In this document: piece after piece, positions 30,774 through 41,263 of the stretch
Layout: each line of letters begins with the position of its first letter
How positions within the stretch are numbered: position 1 is the first letter of the stretch
Origin: Candidatus Heimdallarchaeota archaeon
Lineage (GTDB): Archaea > Asgardarchaeota > Heimdallarchaeia > Heimdallarchaeales > Heimdallarchaeaceae
Length of the DNA: 64,000 bases
Direction of reading: 5' to 3'
Assembly: GCA_019057815.1 (NCBI GenBank)
Contig: JAHLWR010000007.1
Span: forward strand, 64,001-128,000
Notes under the pieces: generated by a model
The model's database searches: none
Told to the model about the DNA's origin: nothing
Seen by the model: only the letters and a program-made list of their open reading frames with translations
Made by a program: the position numbers and the translations under genes

Positions 30774-32396
30774 ATGATGTCAAAGAAGAAGTTTTGTGGT
30801 ATTTTAATCTTGTTAATTACTATTTCAAGCAGTTTTGTGGTTTTTCAAACATCGATTCTACGAACTGATACCAGATTAGTACCAGCATTATCACCTAGTT
30901 TACCATTCGACATGAAATTTGATTCAACATTACCAGTAAACATTACCACAAGTTCAAATTATTTTGATGGTTATAATCTGTTTGTTTTAGAAAATATCAA
31001 TATGGCTACACAACAAGTTGTTGAGCAAGTTCTATACATAACCGATATGAAAGGAACCATAATTTATCAAAAGAAGGTAGGTAGCACGACACTCCCTGAT
31101 GTTGAATCTTATAGCGTGGAATTCATCAATTCTAAGACTGTGATTTGTGGTTTAGCAAATAGTGTAATTCTGTTGAATATTGAAACTAACGAAGTTGTTG
31201 ATTTGGGCTTTAAAGGGCATCATGATTACGAGCTAAATCCTATAAATAATACTTATTTCACTTTAATTATTTATCAAACGTGGGTTGACGAAGAACCAGT
31301 TGTCTTTGATATAGTAAGGGAACATGATTTTGATGGAAATATAGTTTGGGAGTCAAGTACATGGAATTATGTTAATTTAGATCACTGGTGTCCTTTTGAG
31401 GATAAATTCGATGTAAGAGTTGACCTTACACATACAAACACGATTATCTTTGACGACAAAGAAGATGTTTTGTACATCAATTGTCGAAATACTAATACTT
31501 TCTATAAAATAGATCATAAGACTGGAGACCTTTTATGGTCTCAAGGTCAGTTTGGTAATTTTACTCTTCGTGATATTCATTGAAACATTAAGGACACATT
31601 ATTTTACCATTCTCACGCTTTAGAAATCGTAGATAAAGACACTTTCATTCTCTTTGATAATGATTATCATAACCAAACTAATGCCTTAAATGAACAATCA
31701 AGAATGGTTGAAATAACAATAGATGAAGAAACTTTGACTGCTAACGTAACTTGGGAATGGACAGCTCCAAAAGAGTATTATTCCAGTATCTGGGGAGATT
31801 CAGATAGACTTCCTAATTCTAATCGTCTAGGATGCTTTGGAACTAGAACTCATGGGGATTTTGAAGATATCAGCGCTAGACTAGTTGAAGTAAATGATAC
31901 TGGGAAAATTGTCTGGGAAATGAATTTTCCTAAAAAGGGAAACATAGCTTATGGCATATACAGAGTTGAAAGATTCAGTTTTTCACCTTATGTTGATATT
32001 GATTCAATTCTTTGGATTAAATCAGATACTGAAGCAAAGTTTGGTTTGAGAGCATTTTACAATTTTAGAAACAAATATGAAATGACAGGTTCTTACACAA
32101 TAGAGTTAGATGGTAATATTATTGAATCAGAAGGTTTGACTTTTCCTAGATATTGGCATCCTGCTATAAAAAACATCACTTTGGGTTTCTTAGACGATGG
32201 CGAATATAATCTACGAATAACAGTTCAAGATGCAGAAGGGTATAAAACAATTAAAGATGTAATGTTAATTGTTTCTGAAACTGAATCTGATTTTACAGAA
32301 TTAGTCAATTTTGTATTTTATATTTCAGCTATAGCAATTTTCATCCTCATTCCTTTAATGAGAAAAAAACCCAAAACCAATCTAGAGAGGGTATAA
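30774..32396 (+). pseudogene. ASST-like protein 3 with an in-frame TGA at 31581-31583
   Basis: Frame continues RDIH*NIKDTLFYHSHALE into ORF 31704; both paralogs have Gly at this position. Confidence 0.8.
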
Positions 32397-32497
32397 CAGC
32401 GAATTTATAAGAATGTATTAATCTGTAATCTTCATATTTATATAGTGAAATCATAATGCTTTTTTGTTGATTCTTAAGGAAGATAAGGGGCTAATAT

Positions 32498-35400
32498 ATG
32501 GTTAAAGATGCCATCCGTGTAGTGAGAGCAAAAGAGAACAATCTTAAAAATATCTCAGTTAGCATTCCGCATGACAAGCTAGTTGTTATTTCTGGTTTAA
32601 GCGGATCTGGAAAAAGTTCTCTAGCTTTTAATACTATTTTTTCTGAGGCTCAACGGCGCTACATGGAAACTTTATCAGCTTATGCTAGACAATTTATTGG
32701 TAACTTAGATCGACCTGAGGTTGAACATATAGAAGGTCTTCGACCTACAATCTCCATAGATCAAAAAACTATTTCCCGCAACCCTAGAAGTACTGTTGGG
32801 ACCTTAACTGAAGTTTATGATTACATGAGAGTTTTATTTGCAAGAGTGGGAATACCTTATTGTCCTACATGCAAAGTAAAAATTGAAGCACAACCTTCAG
32901 AACAGATTATAGATCAACTTTTTGCTTCATTTGAAGGAGAAAAAATAAAGATTATCGCTCCGATGTTTTCAAAGAGGAAAGGGGAATACAGGAAAGAGTT
33001 GAAAGAATGGAAAGATGAGGGATATGTTAGGTTAATAATTGATGATAAAGAGGTCAATCTAGACGATGAGGAAGTAAATCTAGAAAGATATGTAGCTCAT
33101 GATATAGATATAATTATTGATAGAAATATATGTTTAAGAAAAAATGAACCTAGTATTAGAGATAGTATTACTTTAGCACTTGAAATGTCTAAAGGTAAAT
33201 TAAGAATAAAAGGTGAAATAGAGGAAAGAATATTTTCTACAAAACTTGTTTGTCCAGAATGTGGGATAGCAGTAAATGAGTTCCACCCTAGAGATTTCTC
33301 ATATAATACAGCTGTAGGAGCTTGTAGAAGGTGTAGGGGATTAGGTAAAATCCCACAGATAGTTCCTGAAAAATTTGTAAATGAAGAATTATCCATAGCT
33401 GAAGGTGCTATAGCTACTACAACATCAAGTTTGAAATACATCACCTATACGGGAATGGGGATGAAAAGTATAGGGATTATAGCAAAAAAGAATGGTTTTG
33501 ATATAAATACCCCTATAAAGGATTTACCTGAAGATAAACGAGAAATTCTCCTCTATGGTTCAGGGAGTAAAGAATACCAACTTAAATGGGAGTGGGGTGG
33601 AGATGAATCATCTTGGAAAGGAAAAGGAGAATATTTCACAACATGGAAGGGACTTATACCTCTAACGATGGCAGCTTATTATCGTGTAGAGTCACTTGTG
33701 AGAAAAGAACAACTTGAGAAATTCATGGACTTAACGATATGCTTAGACTGTAAAGGAGACAGACTCAAACCAGAAAGCCTTTCTGTTATGTTCAAAGGAG
33801 CTAATATTGCTGTACTTAATCAAATGTCGATTGATAAGTGCTTAGAGTTCTTCAACAAGGTAAAATTGACCGAAGAAGAGCAGAAAATTGCTGGACCATT
33901 GTTGAAAGAGATAAAAAACAGATTATCGTTCTTGATAGAAGTAGGTTTACATTATATAACCCTTGATCGTGCAGCTAATGAATTGAGCGGAGGAGAAGCT
34001 CAAAGGACACGTTTAGCGACTCAAATAGGTTCCAAGCTTCAAGGAGTGACTTACATACTAGATGAGCCGAGTATTGGCTTAGCTAATCGCGATAATGAAA
34101 AACTTCTGAATTCTTTAATCAGATTAAAAAAAGGTGGTAATAGTGTAATCGTTGTCGAGCATGATGAAGATACAATAAGAAAAGCTGATCTACTCCTAGA
34201 TTTAGGACCGAAAGCAGGTGATGAAGGAGGTGAAGTGTTATTCTTAAAGAATCCTAAAGAGATAACAGAGAAAGAAGCAGAAAAATCTATGACTGCCAGA
34301 TATCTCCTTGGGATAGATGAGATTCCTATTCCTAAAAAGAGAAGAAGTAGTGACACTTTTTTGACATTAAAAGGAGCACAGCATAACAATTTGAAGAAAA
34401 TAGATGTAAATTTTCCTTTAGAAACCCTTATTTGTGTTACAGGGGTTTCTGGTTCAGGTAAATCATCATTAATTACTGATACACTTTACCCTATACTAGT
34501 TAACAAACTCCATCATGGAGTGAAGAGAGTGGGTAAACATCAATCTCTTGAGGGGATTGAGAATATAGATAAAATAGCAGTAATCGATCAATCACCAATA
34601 GGTAAAACTTCAAGGTCCAATCCTGCAACGTATACAAAAGTTTTAGATCATATCAGAGATTTGTTTGCTAAATTACCCACAGCAAAGATAAGAGGTTATA
34701 CAAAGACTAGATTTACTTTCAACACTAAAATCGGTAGATGTGAAGCTTGTAAAGGTCATGGATACAACAAAATAGAAATGACACTATTACCTTCTGTCGA
34801 AGTTGAATGTGAGAGATGTAGAGGAAAAAGATACGATGATGAAACGTTAAAGATTAAATTTACCGGTTATTCGATAGCAGACATCTTAAACATGACTGTG
34901 AGTAAAGCTTTACAAGTATTTAAGAATCAGCCCAAGATTAATAAAATTTTACAAACTTTATGCGATGTTGGATTGGATTATATCAAACTAGGCCAACCTT
35001 CAACAACTTTGTCAGGAGGAGAAGCTCAACGAATTAAATTGTCCAGAGAGCTCTCAAAAACGGCTACAGGGAAGACTCTCTTCATTCTAGATGAGCCAAC
35101 AACAGGTCTTGCATTTGAAGATATCAAGAAATTACTAATTGTACTACAAAAATTAGTTGCTAAAAAGAATACCATTATAATAATTGAACATAATTTAGAT
35201 GTCATTAAGACTGCAGATTTTGTAATAGATCTAGGTCCAGAAGGGGGAGAAGATCAAGGAGGTTTTCTTGTAGCTCAAGGTACCCCCGAAAAAGTCATGA
35301 TTTGCAAGAATTCTTATACAGGTATCGCTCTTAAGAAGGCATTCTCGAAAAAGGATTACGATGCTTTTACTAGCGAGATAGAAATCAGTGACGATGGTTT

Positions 35401-38248
35401 AGATCCAGCAAATTTCCTTTATGTTCGAGGAGCTTCTAAAAACAACCTCAAGAACATTGACCTTGATATTCCTAAAGAGAAGATAGTAGTTATTACAGGA
35501 CCAAGTGGTTCTGGTAAAAGTTCTCTAGCAATTGATACTTTGTTTGCTGAAGGTCAAAGAAGGTTTATAGAATGTTTGTCGAGTTATGCTCGTCAATTCC
35601 TTGTAAAAGCTGAAAGAGCAGATGTTGATGATATTATTGGTTTAACCCCCTCTATTGCTATTAACCAACATTCTATCTCTAAGAACCCTCGGTCAACTGT
35701 TGCTACAACAACAGAAATTTATGATTATTTGAGATTGTTATTCTCAAAGATAGGTATTCCCCACTGTCCAAAATGTGGTATAGAATTAAAATCTCGAACA
35801 ATTACTGAGCTTGCAGAATATGTAATTAAACAACATAAACAACAACAGATACTAATCGCTAGCTCTTTGACAAATGGAGAGAGTATAGATATTAAAAAAA
35901 CCGTCAAGGTGCTTAAGAAAGAGGGTTACTCACGTATAATGATTAATCACAAAGAATTCCATTTAGATGACGAGATAAAAATTAAACGCTCAAAAGCTGT
36001 TTCAGTCATTATCGATAGAATACAAATCGAAAAAGAAAAACACTCACAGCTAATTGATACAATAGAAATAGCTGTCAATATAAGTAAGGGTAGAATAGAA
36101 ATTTACAACAATGGGTCAAAATTCACTTATTCACTTTACGCTGAATGCATAAAACATAATTTCGAAGCACCAGAAGAAATGCACCCCCGATTATTTAGTT
36201 TCAACCATTACTCAGGTTCATGCCAAACTTGTACTGGGTTAGGAGTAATCAGAAAAATCGATATTAGGAAAATTATTACTGATTGGGATAAAAGCATAGA
36301 GGAAGGAGCGATAAGTCCTTACACTATTACAAGAATGACTAACCCTAACTCTTGGAGAAGAGCTATGCTAGTATCAGTTGGTAAACATTATGGGTTCACT
36401 CTCCAAACACCCATGAAAGATCTTTCACCACAGCAACTTGAAGGTCTTTTTTATGGTTCTAAAGGTGAAATAATTGAGATTAAGTTCCTTAGAGAAGGAA
36501 AAAGATCAACTTCTGAATATACGAATAAAGCAGAATGGAAAGGTCTTATTCCTAGATGGGAAGATTGGCTAGAAAAACCAGTTAGTTCAACATGGACAGC
36601 ACAGTACAAACAAAGATTCAACAAATACTTCTCCGAATATCACTGTTCAGACTGCCAAGGAAAAAAATTGAAACCTGAAATCCTTTCAATAACTATTAGT
36701 GATAGATCTATAATCGATCTTTCTACAGATTCGATTGACGATTTTCTTGATTTCGTAAATGAACTAGAACTTAACAAAAGAGATCAAAAGATTGCAGATA
36801 GAATACTAAGCGAACTTAAGAAGAGAGCACGATATCTTGTTGATGTAGGATTAAGTTATCTTACTTTAGATAGAAGGTCAAGCACATTATCTAATGGTGA
36901 AGCACAAAGAATACGACTCGCCAGTCAAATAGGGAGCGGATTAGTAGGTGTAACATATGTTCTTGATGAACCAACAATAGGACTCCATCCACGTGACATT
37001 AATAGGTTATTGAACACACTTAAAAAACTTCAACAGAATGGTAACCACATAATTATTGTAGAACATGATGATATGATTATTAAAGAATCCCAATGGTTAA
37101 TCGAACTTGGTCCATTAGGGGGAGATTTAGGGGGAGAAGTTGTAGTTGAAGGTCCTACTTCTGAAGTTCTCAAGGATATGAGATCTCTTACCTCTAAATA
37201 TCTTTCAAAAGAGTATCGTATTCCTACCCCAGATTCACGCAAAGTAGCTGAAAAGTACATTAAAGTTGAAAAAGCTGAAGAAAACAATCTTAAGAAAATA
37301 GATGTAAAGTTTGGATTGGGTACAATAACAGCTGTGACAGGTGTAAGTGGAGCAGGTAAATCTACACTTGTAGTTGATACTCTTCAGAAGGGATTGGAGA
37401 AAGCAATTCATAATAAAAAGATAGGTGTCGGTAAACACAAGAAACTTTCTGGATTTGAAGAACTTTCTAAAGTAATTGTGGTTGATCAATCTTCTTTAAG
37501 TAAATCAAGTCGATCTAACCCTGCAACGTATCTTGGTGTTTTTGACGAAATAAGAAAACTCTACGCTAGTCTACCCGAATCCAAAGCTAGTGGTTTAGAT
37601 CTTGGTCATTTCAGTTATAATACTCCAAAAGGTCAGTGTCACGAATGCAGAGGTCTAGGAATGAAGAGAGTCGAACTCCTCTTCCTCTCAGATGTCTGGT
37701 TAAAGTGCAATACATGCAATGGTAAAAGATACAAAAAGAGCATACTTCTTTCAAGGTATAAGAAAAAGTCCATTTTTGAAGTTCTTGAGATGACAATCGA
37801 AACAGCTTCAAGATTTTTTGAAGGGATAGAGAGTATAGCTCGACCTTTAAGAATAGCCAATGAAATTGGGTTAGGATATTTAAAAATGGGTCAACCAACA
37901 ACTACTATAAGCGGTGGAGAAAGTGAGCGATTGAAGATTACCCGAGAATTAGCCAAACAATCTCGTGAGAAAAATATTTTCATATTGGATGAGCCAAGTC
38001 AAGGCCTCCATTTCTATGACATTGAGAAGTTAATTGTTGTCCTTCAAAAACTGACTAAGAAAGGTAACACTATAGTTTTAATCGATCACAATATGGACTT
38101 AATTAAAATAGCTGACCACTGCGTTGATCTCGGTCCTGAAGGAGGAACAAAGAATGGGGGGTATATAGTAGCTGAAGGTACACCAGAAACAGTTTGTTCT
38201 GCAAAGAAAGGTTACACTTGGAAATATCTTCAAGAAGCTATGAATTGA
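32498..38248 (+). CDS. uvrA: Excinuclease ABC subunit A, tandem-fused double UvrA
   Basis: Four Walker A motifs (GLSGSGKS, GVSGSGKS, GPSGSGKS, GVSGAGKS); NPRSTV and SRSNPATY each twice; Zn fingers. Confidence 0.95.
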   Translation: MVKDAIRVVRAKENNLKNISVSIPHDKLVVISGLSGSGKSSLAFNTIFSEAQRRYMETLSAYARQFIGNLDRPEVEHIEGLRPTISIDQKTISRNPRSTVGTLTEVYDYMRVLFARVGIPYCPTCKVKIEAQPSEQIIDQLFASFEGEKIKIIAPMFSKRKGEYRKELKEWKDEGYVRLIIDDKEVNLDDEEVNLERYVAHDIDIIIDRNICLRKNEPSIRDSITLALEMSKGKLRIKGEIEERIFSTKLVCPECGIAVNEFHPRDFSYNTAVGACRRCRGLGKIPQIVPEKFVNEELSIAEGAIATTTSSLKYITYTGMGMKSIGIIAKKNGFDINTPIKDLPEDKREILLYGSGSKEYQLKWEWGGDESSWKGKGEYFTTWKGLIPLTMAAYYRVESLVRKEQLEKFMDLTICLDCKGDRLKPESLSVMFKGANIAVLNQMSIDKCLEFFNKVKLTEEEQKIAGPLLKEIKNRLSFLIEVGLHYITLDRAANELSGGEAQRTRLATQIGSKLQGVTYILDEPSIGLANRDNEKLLNSLIRLKKGGNSVIVVEHDEDTIRKADLLLDLGPKAGDEGGEVLFLKNPKEITEKEAEKSMTARYLLGIDEIPIPKKRRSSDTFLTLKGAQHNNLKKIDVNFPLETLICVTGVSGSGKSSLITDTLYPILVNKLHHGVKRVGKHQSLEGIENIDKIAVIDQSPIGKTSRSNPATYTKVLDHIRDLFAKLPTAKIRGYTKTRFTFNTKIGRCEACKGHGYNKIEMTLLPSVEVECERCRGKRYDDETLKIKFTGYSIADILNMTVSKALQVFKNQPKINKILQTLCDVGLDYIKLGQPSTTLSGGEAQRIKLSRELSKTATGKTLFILDEPTTGLAFEDIKKLLIVLQKLVAKKNTIIIIEHNLDVIKTADFVIDLGPEGGEDQGGFLVAQGTPEKVMICKNSYTGIALKKAFSKKDYDAFTSEIEISDDGLDPANFLYVRGASKNNLKNIDLDIPKEKIVVITGPSGSGKSSLAIDTLFAEGQRRFIECLSSYARQFLVKAERADVDDIIGLTPSIAINQHSISKNPRSTVATTTEIYDYLRLLFSKIGIPHCPKCGIELKSRTITELAEYVIKQHKQQQILIASSLTNGESIDIKKTVKVLKKEGYSRIMINHKEFHLDDEIKIKRSKAVSVIIDRIQIEKEKHSQLIDTIEIAVNISKGRIEIYNNGSKFTYSLYAECIKHNFEAPEEMHPRLFSFNHYSGSCQTCTGLGVIRKIDIRKIITDWDKSIEEGAISPYTITRMTNPNSWRRAMLVSVGKHYGFTLQTPMKDLSPQQLEGLFYGSKGEIIEIKFLREGKRSTSEYTNKAEWKGLIPRWEDWLEKPVSSTWTAQYKQRFNKYFSEYHCSDCQGKKLKPEILSITISDRSIIDLSTDSIDDFLDFVNELELNKRDQKIADRILSELKKRARYLVDVGLSYLTLDRRSSTLSNGEAQRIRLASQIGSGLVGVTYVLDEPTIGLHPRDINRLLNTLKKLQQNGNHIIIVEHDDMIIKESQWLIELGPLGGDLGGEVVVEGPTSEVLKDMRSLTSKYLSKEYRIPTPDSRKVAEKYIKVEKAEENNLKKIDVKFGLGTITAVTGVSGAGKSTLVVDTLQKGLEKAIHNKKIGVGKHKKLSGFEELSKVIVVDQSSLSKSSRSNPATYLGVFDEIRKLYASLPESKASGLDLGHFSYNTPKGQCHECRGLGMKRVELLFLSDVWLKCNTCNGKRYKKSILLSRYKKKSIFEVLEMTIETASRFFEGIESIARPLRIANEIGLGYLKMGQPTTTISGGESERLKITRELAKQSREKNIFILDEPSQGLHFYDIEKLIVVLQKLTKKGNTIVLIDHNMDLIKIADHCVDLGPEGGTKNGGYIVAEGTPETVCSAKKGYTWKYLQEAMN

Positions 38249-38379
38249 TTTTGTCATGTGTGTCTAGAAATACTTCACTATTGTGCTAAAATATTAAGAA
38301 GATGATTAAAATATATGGGATATATAGAATAAAATCATCTTGATTCCGTCCATGGTTAGGAATCTTAACAGAAGAATTT

Positions 38380-38431
38380 GTTGCACAAAATATATAACTG
38401 ATAAAGAGTTTAATTAAGTGTGATTTCATGA
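38380..38431 (+). promoter_or_regulatory. Promoter/leader identical to 39667..39718
   Basis: 52-bp exact match including aaaaTATATAA (BRE/TATA-like) and GTGTGA before the ATG. Confidence 0.7.
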
Positions 38432-39489
38432 GAAAGAAAACAACATTATTTCTACTAATACTGACATTATCAATCTACGCATCGAATATCAATGTACAAA
38501 TATCTGCTGAAGAGAATAATTATAGACCTAGTTCGCTAGAGTTAACACCTCATGAATCAATTGAAATAACTTCTGACGGTAATTTCACTGATTACGATTT
38601 TCCAGGAACAGGAACTGTTGAGGACCCTTACATTATTGAAGGCTATAATATTACAACAACGAGTAATGTTGGTATTTATATCACTGATACAACTAAATAT
38701 TTTACTGTTCGTAACTGCTATGTTGACGCAGAAGAGTATGGCATTTATATCGATGATGTAGTTGACGGAAAACTAACTGTCATTAACAACACGTGCAGCA
38801 ATAACAACCAAGGCATCTATCTTTACTATTCTGGGAGTACGACTGTTGCCAACAACACGTGCAGCAACAATAACTTTGGCATCTCGCTTGAGGATTCTGC
38901 TAATTCTACTGTTACCAACAACACGTGCAGCAATAACAACCAAGGCATCTATCTTTACCATTCTGAAGATTCTAAGGTTGTAAACAACAATTGCAACAAT
39001 AACATCTATGGCATCCGTCTTCATCGTTCTAGTTTTTGTGTCCTTTCTTACAATCTTCTAAAAGAAAATGAAGGATATGGAGTATGTTTATCACAAATCA
39101 GCTGGGGTAATATCAAATATAATTTGCTTATTCTACAAGAAAATGAAGGATATGAAGCATACTCACCATATGGTTGTGATAATAATCTTATTTACCATAA
39201 TAACTTTGTAGACAATAATCTAGGAGGAACTTCACAAGCGTATAATGATGGTCAAAACAACTATTGGTATGATATTGAAACACTTGAAGGTAACTATTGG
39301 TCAGATTGGTCAGGAAGAGGTTCTTATTCTATTGGTGGTTGTGGAGGTTCAGAAGATCTCTATCCTCTTGATGAACCTGCTGAATATTCTACAGATGAAA
39401 CTCAATTAAACTTCATATTTACTCTACTAGTAGTATTAGTTCCCTTAGTTCTCACAAGGATAATCTTAAAGAAGAAAAAGAAAAAATAG
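38428..39489 (+). CDS. NosD-like right-handed beta-helix surface protein
   Basis: G.GT.EDPYIIEG; 22-aa NNTCSNN..GI.L repeats; GNYWSDW; TM + K-rich tail. Confidence 0.85.
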   Translation: MRKKTTLFLLILTLSIYASNINVQISAEENNYRPSSLELTPHESIEITSDGNFTDYDFPGTGTVEDPYIIEGYNITTTSNVGIYITDTTKYFTVRNCYVDAEEYGIYIDDVVDGKLTVINNTCSNNNQGIYLYYSGSTTVANNTCSNNNFGISLEDSANSTVTNNTCSNNNQGIYLYHSEDSKVVNNNCNNNIYGIRLHRSSFCVLSYNLLKENEGYGVCLSQISWGNIKYNLLILQENEGYEAYSPYGCDNNLIYHNNFVDNNLGGTSQAYNDGQNNYWYDIETLEGNYWSDWSGRGSYSIGGCGGSEDLYPLDEPAEYSTDETQLNFIFTLLVVLVPLVLTRIILKKKKKK

Positions 39490-39714
39490 ACTAGCTGTCA
39501 GAAACTGCATAAAAACATAGTAATAACAAGAACCAAACCTCCAACACCTCCTTTTTTGATTTTTTGAATATAGAAAGATATTAGAACGGATCATTTGACC
39601 TGATTATTCTCAAATTGATGTAAAAACTCGAAAAAATTCCAGTTAGGAATATTAACAGAGGAGTTGGTTGCACAAAATATATAACTGATAAAGAGTTTAA
39701 TTAAGTGTGATTTC

Positions 39715-40917
39715 ATGAAAAAGAGAACAATGATAATTCTACTAATAATAACATTGTCAATCTGCGCATCGAATATCAATGTACAGATAATTGCTGAAGA
39801 GAATAATTATAGACCTACTTCGTTAGAGTTGACACCTCATGACCCTATTGAGATAAGATATGATAGCGATTTTGAGATTTTTCCCGGTTCAGGAACTATT
39901 GAGAATCCTTATCTTATTGAAGGATATAATATTACAACAACGGATGACGATGGTATTTATATCACTGAAACAACGAAATATTTCACTGTTCGTAACTGCT
40001 ATGTTGACGCAAGATTCAAAGGAATTTATATCCATGATGTAGCTGATGGTACAGCAACTGTCATTAACAACATGTGTAACAACAATAACTGGAATGGTAT
40101 CTCGCTTTGGCTCTCTAATAGTTCTATTGTTGCAAACAACACGTGCAGCAACAACAACTGGGATGGCATCTCGCTTTCCTCTTCTGATAGTTCTACTGTT
40201 GCAAACAACACGTGCTTCTACAATGGCTATGGCATCTCGCTTTGGTCTTCTGATAGTTCTACTGTTGCAAACAACACGTGCTTCTACAATGGCTATGGTA
40301 TCTCGCTTTCCTCTTCTGTTGGTTCTACTGTTTGCAACAACACATGCAGCAATAACGAATACGGAATCTGTTTTTACGCTTCTGATAGTTCTACTGTTGC
40401 TAACAACATGTGCAGCTACAATAGCAACGATGGTATCTCACTTTCCTCTTCTGATAGTTCTACTGTTGCCAATAACACTTGCAACAATAACTACTATGGT
40501 ATCTATTTTTACTATTCTGATTTTTGTGTCGTTACTTACAATCTTCTACAAGAAAATGAAAACTATGGAATCTACTTATTTTTTGGTTCTCATAATGATT
40601 CCATTCACCATAATACATTTGTAGACAATAATCTAGGAGGAACTTCCCAAGCGTGTGATTATGGTACTGACAGCTTTTGGTATGACTCAGCAGCACTTGA
40701 AGGTAACTACTGGTCAGATTGGTCAGGAATAGGTTCTTATTCCATTGGTGGTCCTGCGAATTCATTTGACTTATACCCACTTGATGAACCTGTTGTTGAA
40801 TATTCTACAGTTGTATCTACTACAGATAAAAATCAATTAAGCTTTACATTTACTCTCCTAATGTTAGTAGTTCCCTTAATGCTTACAAGGATAATATCAA
40901 AGAAGAAAAAGAAATAA
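39715..40917 (+). CDS. NosD-like beta-helix surface protein, tandem paralog
   Basis: Same architecture with more coils; near-identical 66-69-bp DNA repeats. Confidence 0.85.
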   Translation: MKKRTMIILLIITLSICASNINVQIIAEENNYRPTSLELTPHDPIEIRYDSDFEIFPGSGTIENPYLIEGYNITTTDDDGIYITETTKYFTVRNCYVDARFKGIYIHDVADGTATVINNMCNNNNWNGISLWLSNSSIVANNTCSNNNWDGISLSSSDSSTVANNTCFYNGYGISLWSSDSSTVANNTCFYNGYGISLSSSVGSTVCNNTCSNNEYGICFYASDSSTVANNMCSYNSNDGISLSSSDSSTVANNTCNNNYYGIYFYYSDFCVVTYNLLQENENYGIYLFFGSHNDSIHHNTFVDNNLGGTSQACDYGTDSFWYDSAALEGNYWSDWSGIGSYSIGGPANSFDLYPLDEPVVEYSTVVSTTDKNQLSFTFTLLMLVVPLMLTRIISKKKKK

Positions 40918-41263
40918 TTGAATAGTTATCAGAAACTGCATATAAGGGTAGTAAAAACAAGAACAGAACCTTCAACACTTCCTTTTTTTACATCCTTTGT
41001 ATATGGGACACTAGATGTATAAGTGATTTGAACCTAAAGTCTCCTACCTATCTTTTACTCTATAACTCAATAAAAAGAACAATGATAGATGAAATAATGT
41101 TCATTAAAAGAGCATAATTTACAACCCTATAAGTTAATATAATCAATATTGTAGAATATTTGCAAGTGTGTATATAGGATGTCAAAGGAAATAATAGTTT
41201 CTAATAAGTACATTCTAAAACCAGACAGGTTATATACTGGAAAACATCAATGGGTAAAGTAAA

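Noticed and set aside
31581-31583. TGA as selenocysteine or genome-wide UGA=Gly recoding
   Set aside because: Both paralogs have Gly, not Cys, at this position; TGA is a normal stop for uvrA, kynU and other genes here; no SECIS recognised
40095-40500. Diversity-generating retroelement TR/VR pair
   Set aside because: No reverse transcriptase in the window; the repeats are in-frame beta-helix coils and differences are not adenine-specific
40046-40624. 192-aa alternative-frame repeat ORF
   Set aside because: Shadow frame produced by the repeats of the beta-helix gene
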